Assembly: GCA_023246005.1 (NCBI GenBank) | Contig: JAHFJG010000009.1 | Span: 1 to 47,914, forward strand | From: Candidatus Doudnabacteria bacterium | Lineage (GTDB): Bacteria; Patescibacteriota; Doudnabacteria; UBA920; O2-02-FULL-48-8 | Length of the DNA stretch: 47,914 nucleotides | Reading direction: 5' to 3' | Shown: one piece after another, positions 27,464 through 37,032 of the stretch | Position numbering within the stretch: position 1 is the first letter of the stretch | Layout: the number at the start of each line of letters is the position of its first letter | Program-made: the position numbers and the translations under genes | Notes under the pieces: model-generated | Seen by the model: the letters and a program-made list of their open reading frames with translations, nothing else | The model's database searches: none | Told to the model about the DNA's origin: nothing

Positions 27464-28519
27464 TTATTGGCCCTCTGGCCAATAAAGAGGTACGCTTTCG
27501 GGCGCGTACAAATCCGTCAGGCTTTGATCGAGCACCGTGCGTTTGATCGCTTCGGCCAACAGGTGCGCCACGGTCAGAACCGTAAACTTGGAGATGTTGG
27601 CAACTTTGTCAGCCACGGGGACACTGTCAGTGATGACGACCCGATGAATCATCGAGTCAGCCAAGAGCTCCACCACGTACATCGGCTTTTGGCCGTTCTT
27701 GTTCAAAACCCCATGTACTACGGCAGAGACCACGAACGCGGCCCCGGCATGCATGAGCGCGTTGGTGTCGCCAATCATAGTCCCGGCTGAAAGTATTTCG
27801 TCGTCGACTGTCAGGCAGCACTTGCCCGACACATCTCCGATCACTCCGTGTACCTCCGATGTCCCGCTATCGTCGGGCCTGCCCTTGTCGATGTAGGCCA
27901 CTGGCAGCCTCAGCCACGTGGGAAAGGTGTGGAATCGTTTTGCGGCGCCACCATCGCCATTCACGAACACCCAGTCTCCGCCGGTCGGATCAATCACTTC
28001 TTTCCGCAACCAGTGGGCCAGCATTGGGCCGGCCGAAACTTCGTCTGCCGCTGGTTCGAAGTAGTGCTTGGTGTGAGTATCGTGAGGGTCAAGAAGCAGT
28101 ACTCTTTTGACTCCGAGAGAGTGAGAAATGATCTTCGCCAGTGTACAAGCCATGGTGGAAATGCGCGGCTTGTTCTTGCGATCTGAACGGGCATACGGAT
28201 AGCACGGGAAGACCAACAGGATGTCCTGGGGGCGAGCATTACGAATCGCGTCGAGCAAGGCAATCAGCTCGACGATGTGGTCGTTCACCGGCGGCACCAT
28301 GGTATGGATCACCACAACGAAGCAGCCGCGAACATTGCTCACTTGGACCTGTAAGTTGTCATTGTCGAACCGAGTCACGGTAACCGAACCATTCAGACCA
28401 TCCCCGGGGATGTTCTCTTTAGGAAGCCGAGCAGCAAGCGAGCCGCTGATCGCGTAGGCCAAGCTTTCTGAGCCGGTCGTCGCAAACAACTTCACCGGAT
28501 AGCTCATCTCTTTCTCCAA
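27464..28519 (-). CDS. prs: Ribose-phosphate pyrophosphokinase (divergent)
   Basis: PCYPYARSDRK, LLDPH, IGDVSGK, VDDEILSAGT, HGV, ITDSVP. Confidence 0.9.
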   Translation of the reverse strand: MEKEMSYPVKLFATTGSESLAYAISGSLAARLPKENIPGDGLNGSVTVTRFDNDNLQVQVSNVRGCFVVVIHTMVPPVNDHIVELIALLDAIRNARPQDILLVFPCYPYARSDRKNKPRISTMACTLAKIISHSLGVKRVLLLDPHDTHTKHYFEPAADEVSAGPMLAHWLRKEVIDPTGGDWVFVNGDGGAAKRFHTFPTWLRLPVAYIDKGRPDDSGTSEVHGVIGDVSGKCCLTVDDEILSAGTMIGDTNALMHAGAAFVVSAVVHGVLNKNGQKPMYVVELLADSMIHRVVITDSVPVADKVANISKFTVLTVAHLLAEAIKRTVLDQSLTDLYAPESVPLYWPEGQ

Positions 28520-28625
28520 TCAAGAAAGCCCTGTGTTTGTTCAAAATTCATCTGCCTCTTTATAGTTCGAAAAGGACATCTGTCTTAACTCTAACCTAAC
28601 ATAAGTAAAAAACCTAAGCAAAACA

Positions 28626-28681
28626 AAAAAGCCTTTCGGCTTTATCTCCACACCAAATTTTGGTGTGGGGATTTATCCCCA
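28626..28681. repeat. Direct repeat copy 2: terminator plus minimal family A palindrome
   Basis: aaaaagcctttcggcTTTA-tctccacaccaaattttggtgtgggga-TTTA. Confidence 0.85.
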
Positions 28682-28739
28682 ATTGGTGCGCGCACTAGCT
28701 TGTCCGCCGAAGCTTTAGCGAAGGCGGAGATTCAGATTC

Positions 28740-28816
28740 TGGTGGGCCAGGATGGACTCGAACCATCGACCGCGACTTTATAAGTGTCGTGCTCTAACCA
28801 GCTGAGCTACTGGCCC
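28740..28816 (-). tRNA. tRNA-Ile (TAT anticodon)
   Basis: GGGCCAGTAGCTCAGCTGGTTAGAGC-ACGACA-CTTATAA-AGTCG...GGTTCGAGTCC...CCA. Confidence 0.88.
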
Positions 28817-28840
28817 TAAACTTCTTTAGATTATAACATT

Positions 28841-29509
28841 TTAAGCTTTAGCAGAATAGTAACCGGCTATCGCTTTTAGGCTCATTAAAACCCGTTCCTT
28901 AATTCTGGTATCGCTGACATATAAATTACACGTCCCATGTCCGAAGCTTTTATAAGTTAAGTCGGTTCTATTGCTCGATTTAAAATAAGACTTGCCGAAG
29001 CTCTTCAAAGCCAAATTTATCTGAGAACTCCAAAAGTTAATTTCGGATTTTTCATGCAAATCTTTATATAGATGTAATCGAGCATTAACTTTCTTCTTAG
29101 GGATTCCTAGAGCGTGAGTAAACCAATATAAGGCAAATTTAATCAATTTCGGATCGGAATTACTGACAGATAAAGCTCCTGGCAAATTTTTACTCCCTTC
29201 TCCCCAATAAAGAGCAACGCCCGCAATTAATAACTCTCGTTTTGAAAGAGGAAATATTTCGTCCTTGGCTTTAATATACTCCTGATCAAGTCTGCTTTGT
29301 TTCTTCAACTGCATTGTCTGCCTGAATCTTTCTATACGAATTTCACTAAAATCCCTTAAAAGTCTCATCTGTTTTTTACTCAATGGATATGGTCGCAACC
29401 AAAGACTCAAGGTGCTTTTGCTTACACTCAAAAGGCCTTTAATTTCAGAGTAGCTTTTGCCTTGTTTTCTTAATTTTAAGGCTTGTTCACGAATCTCTAT
29501 CTTTGACAT
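28841..29509 (-). CDS. tRNA-adjacent HTH protein with LAGLIDADG-like segment
   Basis: LRKQGKSYSEI...SKSTLSLW HTH; GVALYWGEGSK...VSNSDPKLI. Confidence 0.7.
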   Translation of the reverse strand: MSKIEIREQALKLRKQGKSYSEIKGLLSVSKSTLSLWLRPYPLSKKQMRLLRDFSEIRIERFRQTMQLKKQSRLDQEYIKAKDEIFPLSKRELLIAGVALYWGEGSKNLPGALSVSNSDPKLIKFALYWFTHALGIPKKKVNARLHLYKDLHEKSEINFWSSQINLALKSFGKSYFKSSNRTDLTYKSFGHGTCNLYVSDTRIKERVLMSLKAIAGYYSAKA

Positions 29510-29582
29510 AAAAAAACGAACCTTTAAAATGATATCTAGTAACTCTAGATCAATAATATAAAGATTCTATTCATACTGTCAA

Positions 29583-30332
29583 CTACTTTTTCAATAGTGG
29601 CAACGCTGCCCCGATTATTCCGGCATATTTCAGTTTAGAAATCTTAACTGGAGTTTTATTTATGTAATTACCAACATTTTTTGTCAATTGATTCGCTAAT
29701 TTCTCCATGCCTGAAAGTTTGGACCACGCGCCGCCCAAAATAATAATGTCGGGATTAAAACTTAACACGATCATATCCAGAAGAGTTTTTAAATATTTAT
29801 TCGTATTGGCGGCCTGTTTAAAAGTCCCGGTCGAATGTCTGTGATCGCGGAACATCTTACTGTCCAACAAAACAGTATGTTCATATTCTCCCGCAATTCC
29901 GTCTTTGCCAAAATAAATTTTTTTATCCATTATGATTCCAACACCAATGCCTGTGCCTAAAATTACTCCGGCAACGGTTTTGTATGCTCTACCCACTCCG
30001 ATTGAGGCTTCGGCCAAAGCAAATGCTTTGGCATCGTTTAAAATATTTACTGGCACCTTAAATTTATCTTCTAATATCTTCTTAAAATTTATGGATTTAA
30101 AATTATTCACATTAGGAAGTCTGGTTATCATGCCATTGGCCAAAACTTGCCCTGGCATCCCTAAACCAATGGCCGAAAAACTCTCATAAGATCTAATTAA
30201 ATTGACCAATTGCTTGACCAAATCAGTTTGAGAGGTTGATAAAACAGCAAGTTTGGTTACTCTAAATGACTTATCTATCAATCCTGCCGCGATTTTGGTC
30301 CCGCCCACATCAATCCCCAAGATTTGCTTCAT
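29583..30332 (-). CDS. ROK-family sugar kinase
   Basis: GIDVGGTK, NDAKAFALAE, LGTGIGVG, AGEYEH. Confidence 0.92.
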   Translation of the reverse strand: MKQILGIDVGGTKIAAGLIDKSFRVTKLAVLSTSQTDLVKQLVNLIRSYESFSAIGLGMPGQVLANGMITRLPNVNNFKSINFKKILEDKFKVPVNILNDAKAFALAEASIGVGRAYKTVAGVILGTGIGVGIIMDKKIYFGKDGIAGEYEHTVLLDSKMFRDHRHSTGTFKQAANTNKYLKTLLDMIVLSFNPDIIILGGAWSKLSGMEKLANQLTKNVGNYINKTPVKISKLKYAGIIGAALPLLKK

Positions 30333-30747
30333 ACTTTTGTGAAAAAATAATCATTATTAAACCTATGATAATCATGACATCAGCGAGATTAAAAGTAAAC
30401 CCTAATCCTAGATCCAAAAAATCACGGACATACCCTAAATACAACCGATCGATAATATTTGAAATAGCGCCGGCTAAAATTAAAACAACCATGATCTTGC
30501 CGGTCCAAGATAAATCTTTCCGATGAGAAAAATAATAATAAATAAAAAATATTAATGCAGTCGCGATGATAATTAAATTTGCCGGTAATCCGAAATTGAA
30601 TGAAAATCCCAAACCGAAATTTCTGACCAGATGAATATGAATTAAACCAATAAAAAAATCACGAGGGCTAAAAATCAGCTTCGTGATTTGATCTAGAACC
30701 ACAAGAACAGAAATCAGATAACAGTTAACACAAATTTTTTGTTCCAT
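30310..30747 (-). CDS. lspA: Signal peptidase II
   Basis: DQITK, N.G.GFS, GAISNIIDR, VRDF, FNLAD; start uncertain. Confidence 0.88.
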   Translation of the reverse strand: MEQKICVNCYLISVLVVLDQITKLIFSPRDFFIGLIHIHLVRNFGLGFSFNFGLPANLIIIATALIFFIYYYFSHRKDLSWTGKIMVVLILAGAISNIIDRLYLGYVRDFLDLGLGFTFNLADVMIIIGLIMIIFSQKYEANLGD

Positions 30748-30764
30748 GTTATCTGTTAACTGAT

Positions 30765-31121
30765 CTATGACTTTGCGTGCTTGATACATGCTTCCGCCGC
30801 AGGTTCTGCTCGAAGTCTGGCTTCCTCAATTTCCTCTCCGCCAATTAGACACTTGCCATAGGTGCTGTCTTCAATTCTTTTTAAAGCCGCTTCAACTTTA
30901 GTCAGACGCATTTCTAGATCTTCTATTACAGAAAGATCATTGCCGAACTGTTCCGACTCAAAAGCATTTTCGCCTTCTTCAGATCCGACTTCGTCAAATT
31001 TTGGTTTGTGTCCGCCCGGGATTTCGGAATCAAGATTTGTATCACGCTTAAGAATCGAATTGAGTTTTTTCTGTTCAGCCACAAGCTTGGTCTTGTTTTC
31101 TTCGATGAGTTGTTTATTCAT
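30765..31121 (-). CDS. TraR/DksA-family protein (degenerate C4 finger)
   Basis: ALKRIEDSTYGKC...IEEARLRAEPAAEACIKH. Confidence 0.85.
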   Translation of the reverse strand: MNKQLIEENKTKLVAEQKKLNSILKRDTNLDSEIPGGHKPKFDEVGSEEGENAFESEQFGNDLSVIEDLEMRLTKVEAALKRIEDSTYGKCLIGGEEIEEARLRAEPAAEACIKHAKS

Positions 31122-31223
31122 CCCGTTAGAAATTGTGCTTAGTTAATAATAAATATTAATTGCAATTTGTCCCGCAGAATCTTATTTTAAAGATAATTAT
31201 GCTACTCAATATTTCTAACGGGA
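31121..31223. mobile_element. MITE-like element, family C (TCCCGTTAGAAAT...ATTTCTAACGGGA)
   Basis: 13-bp perfect inverted repeats; TTCA duplicated on both sides. Confidence 0.85.
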
Positions 31224-31256
31224 TTCATAGATCAAGTATACACGAATTTGGATAAC

Positions 31257-31820
31257 AAAAAAAGCCTCATTCTTTCTGGGCTCTGTCTCGCGTAGCGAGA
31301 TCCCGCTCCGCGGGATAATCAACAACTTTTAAGTTAGTGGTTACAGAGCGGATCATACCGCCCGCAAATATTATATATGTGGCGAGATCCGCCCTGTGGG
31401 CGGCCTCTACTGAAGCTCATCTCCGCTCGCACGCTTGCGCGTAAAGCAGAGGTCAACATTCGTATGTAGAAACCGAAAAGGAACAACTTATATATCTAAC
31501 CAATCTATAAGAGAAGTTCTTCACTGTTCTTGTGGTGCGAACACCATAACAATTTTTGTTTTATGTTTGTTTTATTTTTATACAAACGATTTTTATTTTT
31601 GTTTTACAAGCAGCTGGGTTAGAACAGCTATGACGAATAGTGGAGAACGTCAAAGTCTCAAATTTTAAGGCCTTGGCTTTCTCCGCTTTTCGAAAATATT
31701 CAATTTTCAAGGTTCATCCCGTTTAGAAATTACATTTCTGTTTTCTAAATCAATTAATCTATCCAAATTGGCTTATTTTGAAGATAAACTGAGTTACTAA
31801 AATTTCTAACGGGATTCAAT
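31257..31820 (-). ncRNA. Candidate large structured non-coding RNA
   Basis: Consensus promoter upstream, no sense-strand ORF in the track, many GC hairpins, terminator-like end. Confidence 0.45.
31717..31814. mobile_element. MITE-like element, family C
   Basis: TCCCGTTTAGAAATT...AATTTCTAACGGGA; TTCA duplicated on both sides. Confidence 0.85.
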
Positions 31821-31826
31821 ATGACT

Positions 31827-31855
31827 ATTCTAGCAGATTTTTTAAGCCTTGTCAA
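31827..31855 (-). promoter_or_regulatory. Sigma70-type promoter
   Basis: TTGACA-17 bp-TAGAAT with TG at the extended -10 position. Confidence 0.75.
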
Positions 31856-31968
31856 TAATTTGTACTGCAAACTTAAAAAATTGCGAATTTATTAAGCATT
31901 TTTGAATTTTAAAACCGGCTTCAGATGATTTATACACATCTAAAACCGACAAAAACTAAAAAATTTAT

Positions 31969-32997
31969 TTATTCAGCCACAACCAAGGCCAGATCAGACT
32001 CTTTAGCTTTGCTCAGAGTGGATTTTTCTATGTCAGAAGCAATTTTTGGGTTGTCCTTAAGGAAAATTTTGGCATTTTCCCGGCCGACCCCTAGTTTCAC
32101 ATCCCCAAAACTATAAGTATTCCCTGATTTGATTATAAGACCATATTTAACTGCAGTATCAAGTAAATCTCCAGTATAGGAAATGCCGCCTTCACTGAAC
32201 ATAATATCGAATTCAGTAGTCTTAAATGGCGGGGCAACTTTATTTTTAACAATTTTAGCCTTTACTCGATTACCGACAATGGCCTCACCTTGCTTAATCT
32301 GGGCCAGCTTGCGCACTTCAATCCGAACTGATGAATAAAACTTGAGAGCCTGGCCGCCGGTCGTAGTTTCGGGATTTCCAAACATAACGCCAATCTTCAT
32401 CCGAATCTGATTTATAAAAATTACTGTTGATTTAGATTTAGAAATGATTGCCGTTAGTTTGCGCAAAGCCTGGCTCATGAGTCTGGCATGCAAACCCATA
32501 TGTGAATCGCCCATGTCGCCTTCGATCTCAGCGCGCGGAGTGAGGGCTGCTACAGAATCAACTACAATAATGTCAACGCTATTGGACCGTACTAAAGCCT
32601 CGACAATATCCAATGCTTGCTCACCATTATCCGGCTGTGAAATTAAAAGTTTATCAATCTTAACTCCAATAGCTTTTGCTCGATCTGGATCTAAAGCATG
32701 CTCCGCATCCACGAATGCTGCCACCCCACCATCCTTCTGAACCTCTGCCACAATGTGTTCGGCCAAAGTAGTTTTGCCGGATCCTTCGGGTCCATAAATT
32801 TCAATGATGCGGCCAACCGGTATTCCTCCAGCCCCCAATGCAATGTCAAGGGATAAACAACCAGTCGGAATAACTTTAACATTCATGGCCTTGGCTTTTT
32901 GCAATGTCATGATTGAGCCCTCGCCAAACTTCTCACGAATTGATGTGAGTGTTTCTTCCAAACTGCCGCCCATACTTTTCGGATTACTTTTTGACAT
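31969..32997 (-). CDS. recA: Recombinase A
   Basis: [44 protein letters not shown]. Confidence 0.98.
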   Translation of the reverse strand: MSKSNPKSMGGSLEETLTSIREKFGEGSIMTLQKAKAMNVKVIPTGCLSLDIALGAGGIPVGRIIEIYGPEGSGKTTLAEHIVAEVQKDGGVAAFVDAEHALDPDRAKAIGVKIDKLLISQPDNGEQALDIVEALVRSNSVDIIVVDSVAALTPRAEIEGDMGDSHMGLHARLMSQALRKLTAIISKSKSTVIFINQIRMKIGVMFGNPETTTGGQALKFYSSVRIEVRKLAQIKQGEAIVGNRVKAKIVKNKVAPPFKTTEFDIMFSEGGISYTGDLLDTAVKYGLIIKSGNTYSFGDVKLGVGRENAKIFLKDNPKIASDIEKSTLSKAKESDLALVVAE

Positions 32998-33043
32998 ATA
33001 TTTTCTTACCTGACTGTCTATAATTAATAGACTTAATTATAAA

Positions 33044-33967
33044 TCAAAGAGATGAAAATTGCACGTTGCGAATGACTTCTCCTTCGCGACCGAGTTTTCC
33101 TAAATCTTTACCATTATAAACTACTGTGGTAGAACCTGCATCAGCTGAAGTTAAAATAATTTCATGTTTTGCAGAAATAACTTTGGATGATCCGGCCAGC
33201 ATAGTGCCTCGTTGAATTACAATTCCGTCTGCCTCCAAATATACCCACGCACTGTTAGGCCCGATTTGGACTGTTAAATTTACAGCTTGCGGGAGCACCA
33301 CGGCTGTTTGCTTGGGCTGACTGGTGATCTGCCTTGTAATTTTACTGATTTTATTAAACTTGTTTTTCTCCGTAATCTCAACAATATTAATACCAGGGCT
33401 AAGCAGCAGATTTTCTGTAAATTCGCCGATAGGATCAGTTAATACTGGCTGATTATTGATAAATACTTCAGCTCCTGCTTCGGCTTTGCCTGAAACTACA
33501 ACACTATTATCTGTCACAATTAAGTCAGAAGCAGGATCAATAACTGCCAAATAAGGTGGCGCTAGCACGGAACGAATTTCACTGACCACATAGCCAAACG
33601 CAACTAAAGCGACGAGCAAACTCGAGCCAATCACAACTGTTTTTGGGGTAAATGAAAACTTAGATCTCTTAATTCGGCCAGCAGGTTTATCTATTTCAAA
33701 TCCTCGCTCCTTTTCGTATTGATCGATCAATATTTGTTCTTTGATTCGATAGAAAGAAGCTAAACTTTTTAAGAAGCCCCTGATATAAACTTCAGATGGC
33801 AATTCATGGTAATTTCCAGCTTCCAACTGCTCAATGTAAAGAGCTTTGATCTGTGTGAGTAAACTGACTGTTTTAATATCCAAATTAAATTGGTTGCGTA
33901 TTGAAGATAAATACTCACCCAAGGTATCTATCTTCACCGTTTTAGTTTTGAAAAGCGCTTGGGACAT
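33044..33967 (-). CDS. RodZ-like HTH membrane protein
   Basis: LGEYL..IR HTH, YIRGFLK, one TM segment, Ig-like region, DUF4115-like C-terminus. Confidence 0.8.
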   Translation of the reverse strand: MSQALFKTKTVKIDTLGEYLSSIRNQFNLDIKTVSLLTQIKALYIEQLEAGNYHELPSEVYIRGFLKSLASFYRIKEQILIDQYEKERGFEIDKPAGRIKRSKFSFTPKTVVIGSSLLVALVAFGYVVSEIRSVLAPPYLAVIDPASDLIVTDNSVVVSGKAEAGAEVFINNQPVLTDPIGEFTENLLLSPGINIVEITEKNKFNKISKITRQITSQPKQTAVVLPQAVNLTVQIGPNSAWVYLEADGIVIQRGTMLAGSSKVISAKHEIILTSADAGSTTVVYNGKDLGKLGREGEVIRNVQFSSL

Positions 33968-34977
33968 TATTTTTTATTAATCAAATTTACAATTAATTTT
34001 ACCATCACATTTTTCTGCGAAGGTTTAGATTCGGCCACAAGCAAAGTCAAAGCTGTCAATGCCGCGTCATTGATTTTTCTCTCGCCTCTTTTGTTGAGCA
34101 AATAATTATTTTGGATCAGAAACAAAATAAATAATAATGCGCCGATCCGTTTGTTACCATCCACAAACGGATGATCTTTCACGGCAAAATATAAAAGATG
34201 CGCGGCTTTTTCATCCAAGCTAGGATAAACATCTTTGCCCCCATAAGTCTGCCTCGTGCTGGCCAACACTGAAGATAATTTATTGTTAACTTCTGATCCA
34301 AACAAATTAGAAGCCTCTTTGTCTTTAATCAATCGCGTCTTAAATCGTTCAATGGCTTTTTTTATTTCTTCATAATCTAAGTGCAGTGCTGATTTGTGAT
34401 TGACTTGATCCAAAGTCAGATTGCCAGAATCAAATTGATTCAAAGTAATCCAAGTATTGGTATAGTCAGTAATAATATGCAGTAATTCTTTTTCATAACC
34501 TTCCAAGCGTTTAGCTTCCAAAGCGTGCTGCATCAACCCCACGGCTTGTTGCAATTCTTTGAGTTTCAATTCCTGATTTTCTTTTAATCGTTTCTCATTG
34601 ACCAAATAGCCTTTAAGCAAATAGTCGCGCAAATGCTTCGTGGCCCAAATGCGGAATTGAGTGCCACGCTTGGAATTAACCCGATAGCCCACTGAGATAA
34701 TCATGTCGAGGTTATAAAAAGTAATATCTCTTTTAACCTGTTTTTCGCCTTCGGTTTGAACTACCGTAAATTTTGCGGTAGTTTGATTTTGGCTAAGCTC
34801 TGCGGTTTTATAGACGTTTTTGATGTGTTTTCCAATAGTATCAGAATCCCTGCCAAATAATTCAGCCATTTGGGCTTGGTTAAGCCAAACGGTATCGTCC
34901 ACCAAGTTTACTTGGATTTCTGGAGTATTGTCGTCCTTATAGATAACTATTTCCCCTTTGTTTTCTTGATTTTCCAT
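33967..34977 (-). CDS. RhuM/Fic-Doc fusion protein
   Basis: TVWLNQAQMAELF, YNLDMIISVGYRVNSKRGTQFRIWAT, HPFVDGNKR. Confidence 0.92.
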   Translation of the reverse strand: MENQENKGEIVIYKDDNTPEIQVNLVDDTVWLNQAQMAELFGRDSDTIGKHIKNVYKTAELSQNQTTAKFTVVQTEGEKQVKRDITFYNLDMIISVGYRVNSKRGTQFRIWATKHLRDYLLKGYLVNEKRLKENQELKLKELQQAVGLMQHALEAKRLEGYEKELLHIITDYTNTWITLNQFDSGNLTLDQVNHKSALHLDYEEIKKAIERFKTRLIKDKEASNLFGSEVNNKLSSVLASTRQTYGGKDVYPSLDEKAAHLLYFAVKDHPFVDGNKRIGALLFILFLIQNNYLLNKRGERKINDAALTALTLLVAESKPSQKNVMVKLIVNLINKK

Positions 34978-35080
34978 AGATTTTGAGTTACCCGGAATTT
35001 CTAGGTAACTCAATTAGTCCCTAAATAATACCCCGCCTCGACTCGCCCGTCTAGCTTATCATCGAGGCGAGGCAGGCATA

Positions 35081-35150
35081 AAACACAAAAACGGCTCTTT
35101 CGAAGCCGCCTTCAAAACAATCTTAAACCTAAGCTTAAAAATTGTCAAAT
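35081..35150 (-). repeat. Promoter-plus-hairpin repeat, copy 1
   Basis: TTGACA-17-TAAGAT...GGCGGCTTCGAAAGAGCCGTTTTTG. Confidence 0.75.
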
Positions 35151-35154
35151 TTAT

Positions 35155-36708
35155 CTACATTTTTATCAAGCCAAGTTTAACTAAGCGGGATCTAATAGCT
35201 CCTGGTTTTCTTCCAAATATATCAGCTAAATGTGTAGTTGATAAATTCTGACTAAACAACTCTCGCAATTTCTTATCTTGATCTTGATCCCAAGGCCTGT
35301 AGGCATTCGGGTGTATTTCTCTGATTTTTTCAAAAGTTTTTTTATCTATTTTGTTCTCAACTACACCTTGAACATTAAGCTTACCACCGCAACTTAGAAT
35401 AAAATTTTTCTGAATCTTTTGACATTCTTCGTTCGAAAGTTTGATCAAAGCCGCTTCAGTGAAGCTAGAATTTTCTCGAAAGATTTGATCTTGTTGTAAA
35501 ATTTCCGGATGAACCTGAAATGTCCGAGCGTTCCACCCAAACAAATGCAAGCCAGTTAGTCTACGGACACGCGAGAGCGCTACGTATCCTTGGCCGAATT
35601 CGAAAACATCCGATAAATCCATGGCCGCGGCATCCATGCTCATGCCCTGTGATTTGTGAACCGTAATGGCCCAAGCCAACCGCAATGGAAGCTGGGTGAT
35701 ACGGGCCCTGACGCTACCACCTTCTTCCGTTGTCCACTCCATAGGACCAACTTCCACTCTTCTGCCATTTCGGATTTTGACCACGGGATAGCCGCTGTCA
35801 TTATTAAATTTTTCCACAATCCCGAGTGTGCCGTTGACAAATCCTTCTTTGGGATTATTTTTCGTAAACATGACAACTGCGCCGACCTTTAACAATAATT
35901 TTTCCGGCGACAAACAGCCTTTTTTCAAGGCCTCAACCAAGGCTTTGCGGCCACGCGTGGACATTTGATAATCTTTCGACTGCCCCGATAAACGAGCCAG
36001 CATTTGGTCATTAACTCGATCAACTTCGGCGTTATGAGTAAAAAATCGCGGGATAGAATCGTCTACGTCGGCTCTGTTTGTTTTTCGATTTTTGATGTGA
36101 ACAAAGTGTTCTTCCCCAAAACTATTGCTTCGTATAGCTGAAAGTACTTTCAAAAAATCCGCATCGTCTTGGCGGTATTGTTCTGTCAGATAACAAACGA
36201 CTGCTTTAGACGACTCCCAAGCCACAGAATTATATGCAAACAAACCTAAAGATTGTTCCTGGGATTTGACAACAATAGGCGGCAACTGAAAAAAATCACC
36301 AACCAAAATCACCTGCAAGCCGCCAAAAGGTCTGGATTTATCTTTAACTTCTCGACAAACCGCCTCCACCATAGAAAGTGTTGAACCTGCAAGCATGGAA
36401 ATTTCATCAATCAAAAGCACAGAGGTACGTTCGATTCTTCTCACAATCCGTTCTGTAGACGAAATTCTATCCAAATCATATTTATCTAATCTCTCTTTGA
36501 TCCCGATCCCGCTCCAAGAATGAATGGTCATGCCGCCAATATGCGTGGCTGCAATGCCAGTGGAGGCTGTGATTGCCGGTTCAATACCGTGGCTGCGCAA
36601 GTATGCGATGTACTGATTGATCAGATAAGTTTTGCCAGCTCCCGGCTCGCCAGTTAAGAACACATTGGCGCCGGTTTTGAGAATTTCTAAGGCTTGAGTT
36701 TGGGTCAT
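35155..36708 (-). CDS. PIF1/RecD-like SF1 helicase with C-terminal HTH-like domain
   Basis: GEPGAGKT, DEISM, GDFFQLPP, AWAITVHKSQG, YVALSR. Confidence 0.92.
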   Translation of the reverse strand: MTQTQALEILKTGANVFLTGEPGAGKTYLINQYIAYLRSHGIEPAITASTGIAATHIGGMTIHSWSGIGIKERLDKYDLDRISSTERIVRRIERTSVLLIDEISMLAGSTLSMVEAVCREVKDKSRPFGGLQVILVGDFFQLPPIVVKSQEQSLGLFAYNSVAWESSKAVVCYLTEQYRQDDADFLKVLSAIRSNSFGEEHFVHIKNRKTNRADVDDSIPRFFTHNAEVDRVNDQMLARLSGQSKDYQMSTRGRKALVEALKKGCLSPEKLLLKVGAVVMFTKNNPKEGFVNGTLGIVEKFNNDSGYPVVKIRNGRRVEVGPMEWTTEEGGSVRARITQLPLRLAWAITVHKSQGMSMDAAAMDLSDVFEFGQGYVALSRVRRLTGLHLFGWNARTFQVHPEILQQDQIFRENSSFTEAALIKLSNEECQKIQKNFILSCGGKLNVQGVVENKIDKKTFEKIREIHPNAYRPWDQDQDKKLRELFSQNLSTTHLADIFGRKPGAIRSRLVKLGLIKM

Positions 36709-36715
36709 AAAAAAA

Positions 36716-37009
36716 TTAATGAGAAGATTTATCAATCGAAACTCGAAGTCTCGTATTGAGGCCAATAGCAACCCGATTAAGAAATTTCAGTGTCGGATTA
36801 TACGTGCCTTGTTCCAATCGAGAAATAACTGGTTGCTTGGTTCCGATTTTTTTGGCTAATTGCGTTTGGGTCAATCCCTGCTCTAATCTTTTTCTAATTA
36901 ACATTTCTACCAAAGCAAATTCTGGACCCAATTCATCATAGGCTTTCTTAAATGCCCCGTCTTTGAGCATTTCCTTTTTGAAACTTCTGTAATTTCTATA
37001 ACTTTGCAT
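36716..37009 (-). CDS. HTH-XRE antitoxin (HigA-like)
   Basis: LTQTQLAKKIGTKQPVISRLEQG. Confidence 0.88.
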   Translation of the reverse strand: MQSYRNYRSFKKEMLKDGAFKKAYDELGPEFALVEMLIRKRLEQGLTQTQLAKKIGTKQPVISRLEQGTYNPTLKFLNRVAIGLNTRLRVSIDKSSH

Positions 37010-37032
37010 ATATAATATATATAACTTATAAG

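Noticed and set aside
31435-31668. 77-aa plus-strand ORF
   Set aside because: Non-ATG start, no RBS, low-complexity composition, and antisense to a strong promoter.
31257-31710. RNase P RNA or tmRNA assignment for the non-coding region
   Set aside because: GGAGAAAGCC and GGCTTT only faintly echo the RNase P P4 motifs, and there are no tRNA-like tmRNA ends or tag frame; left unassigned.
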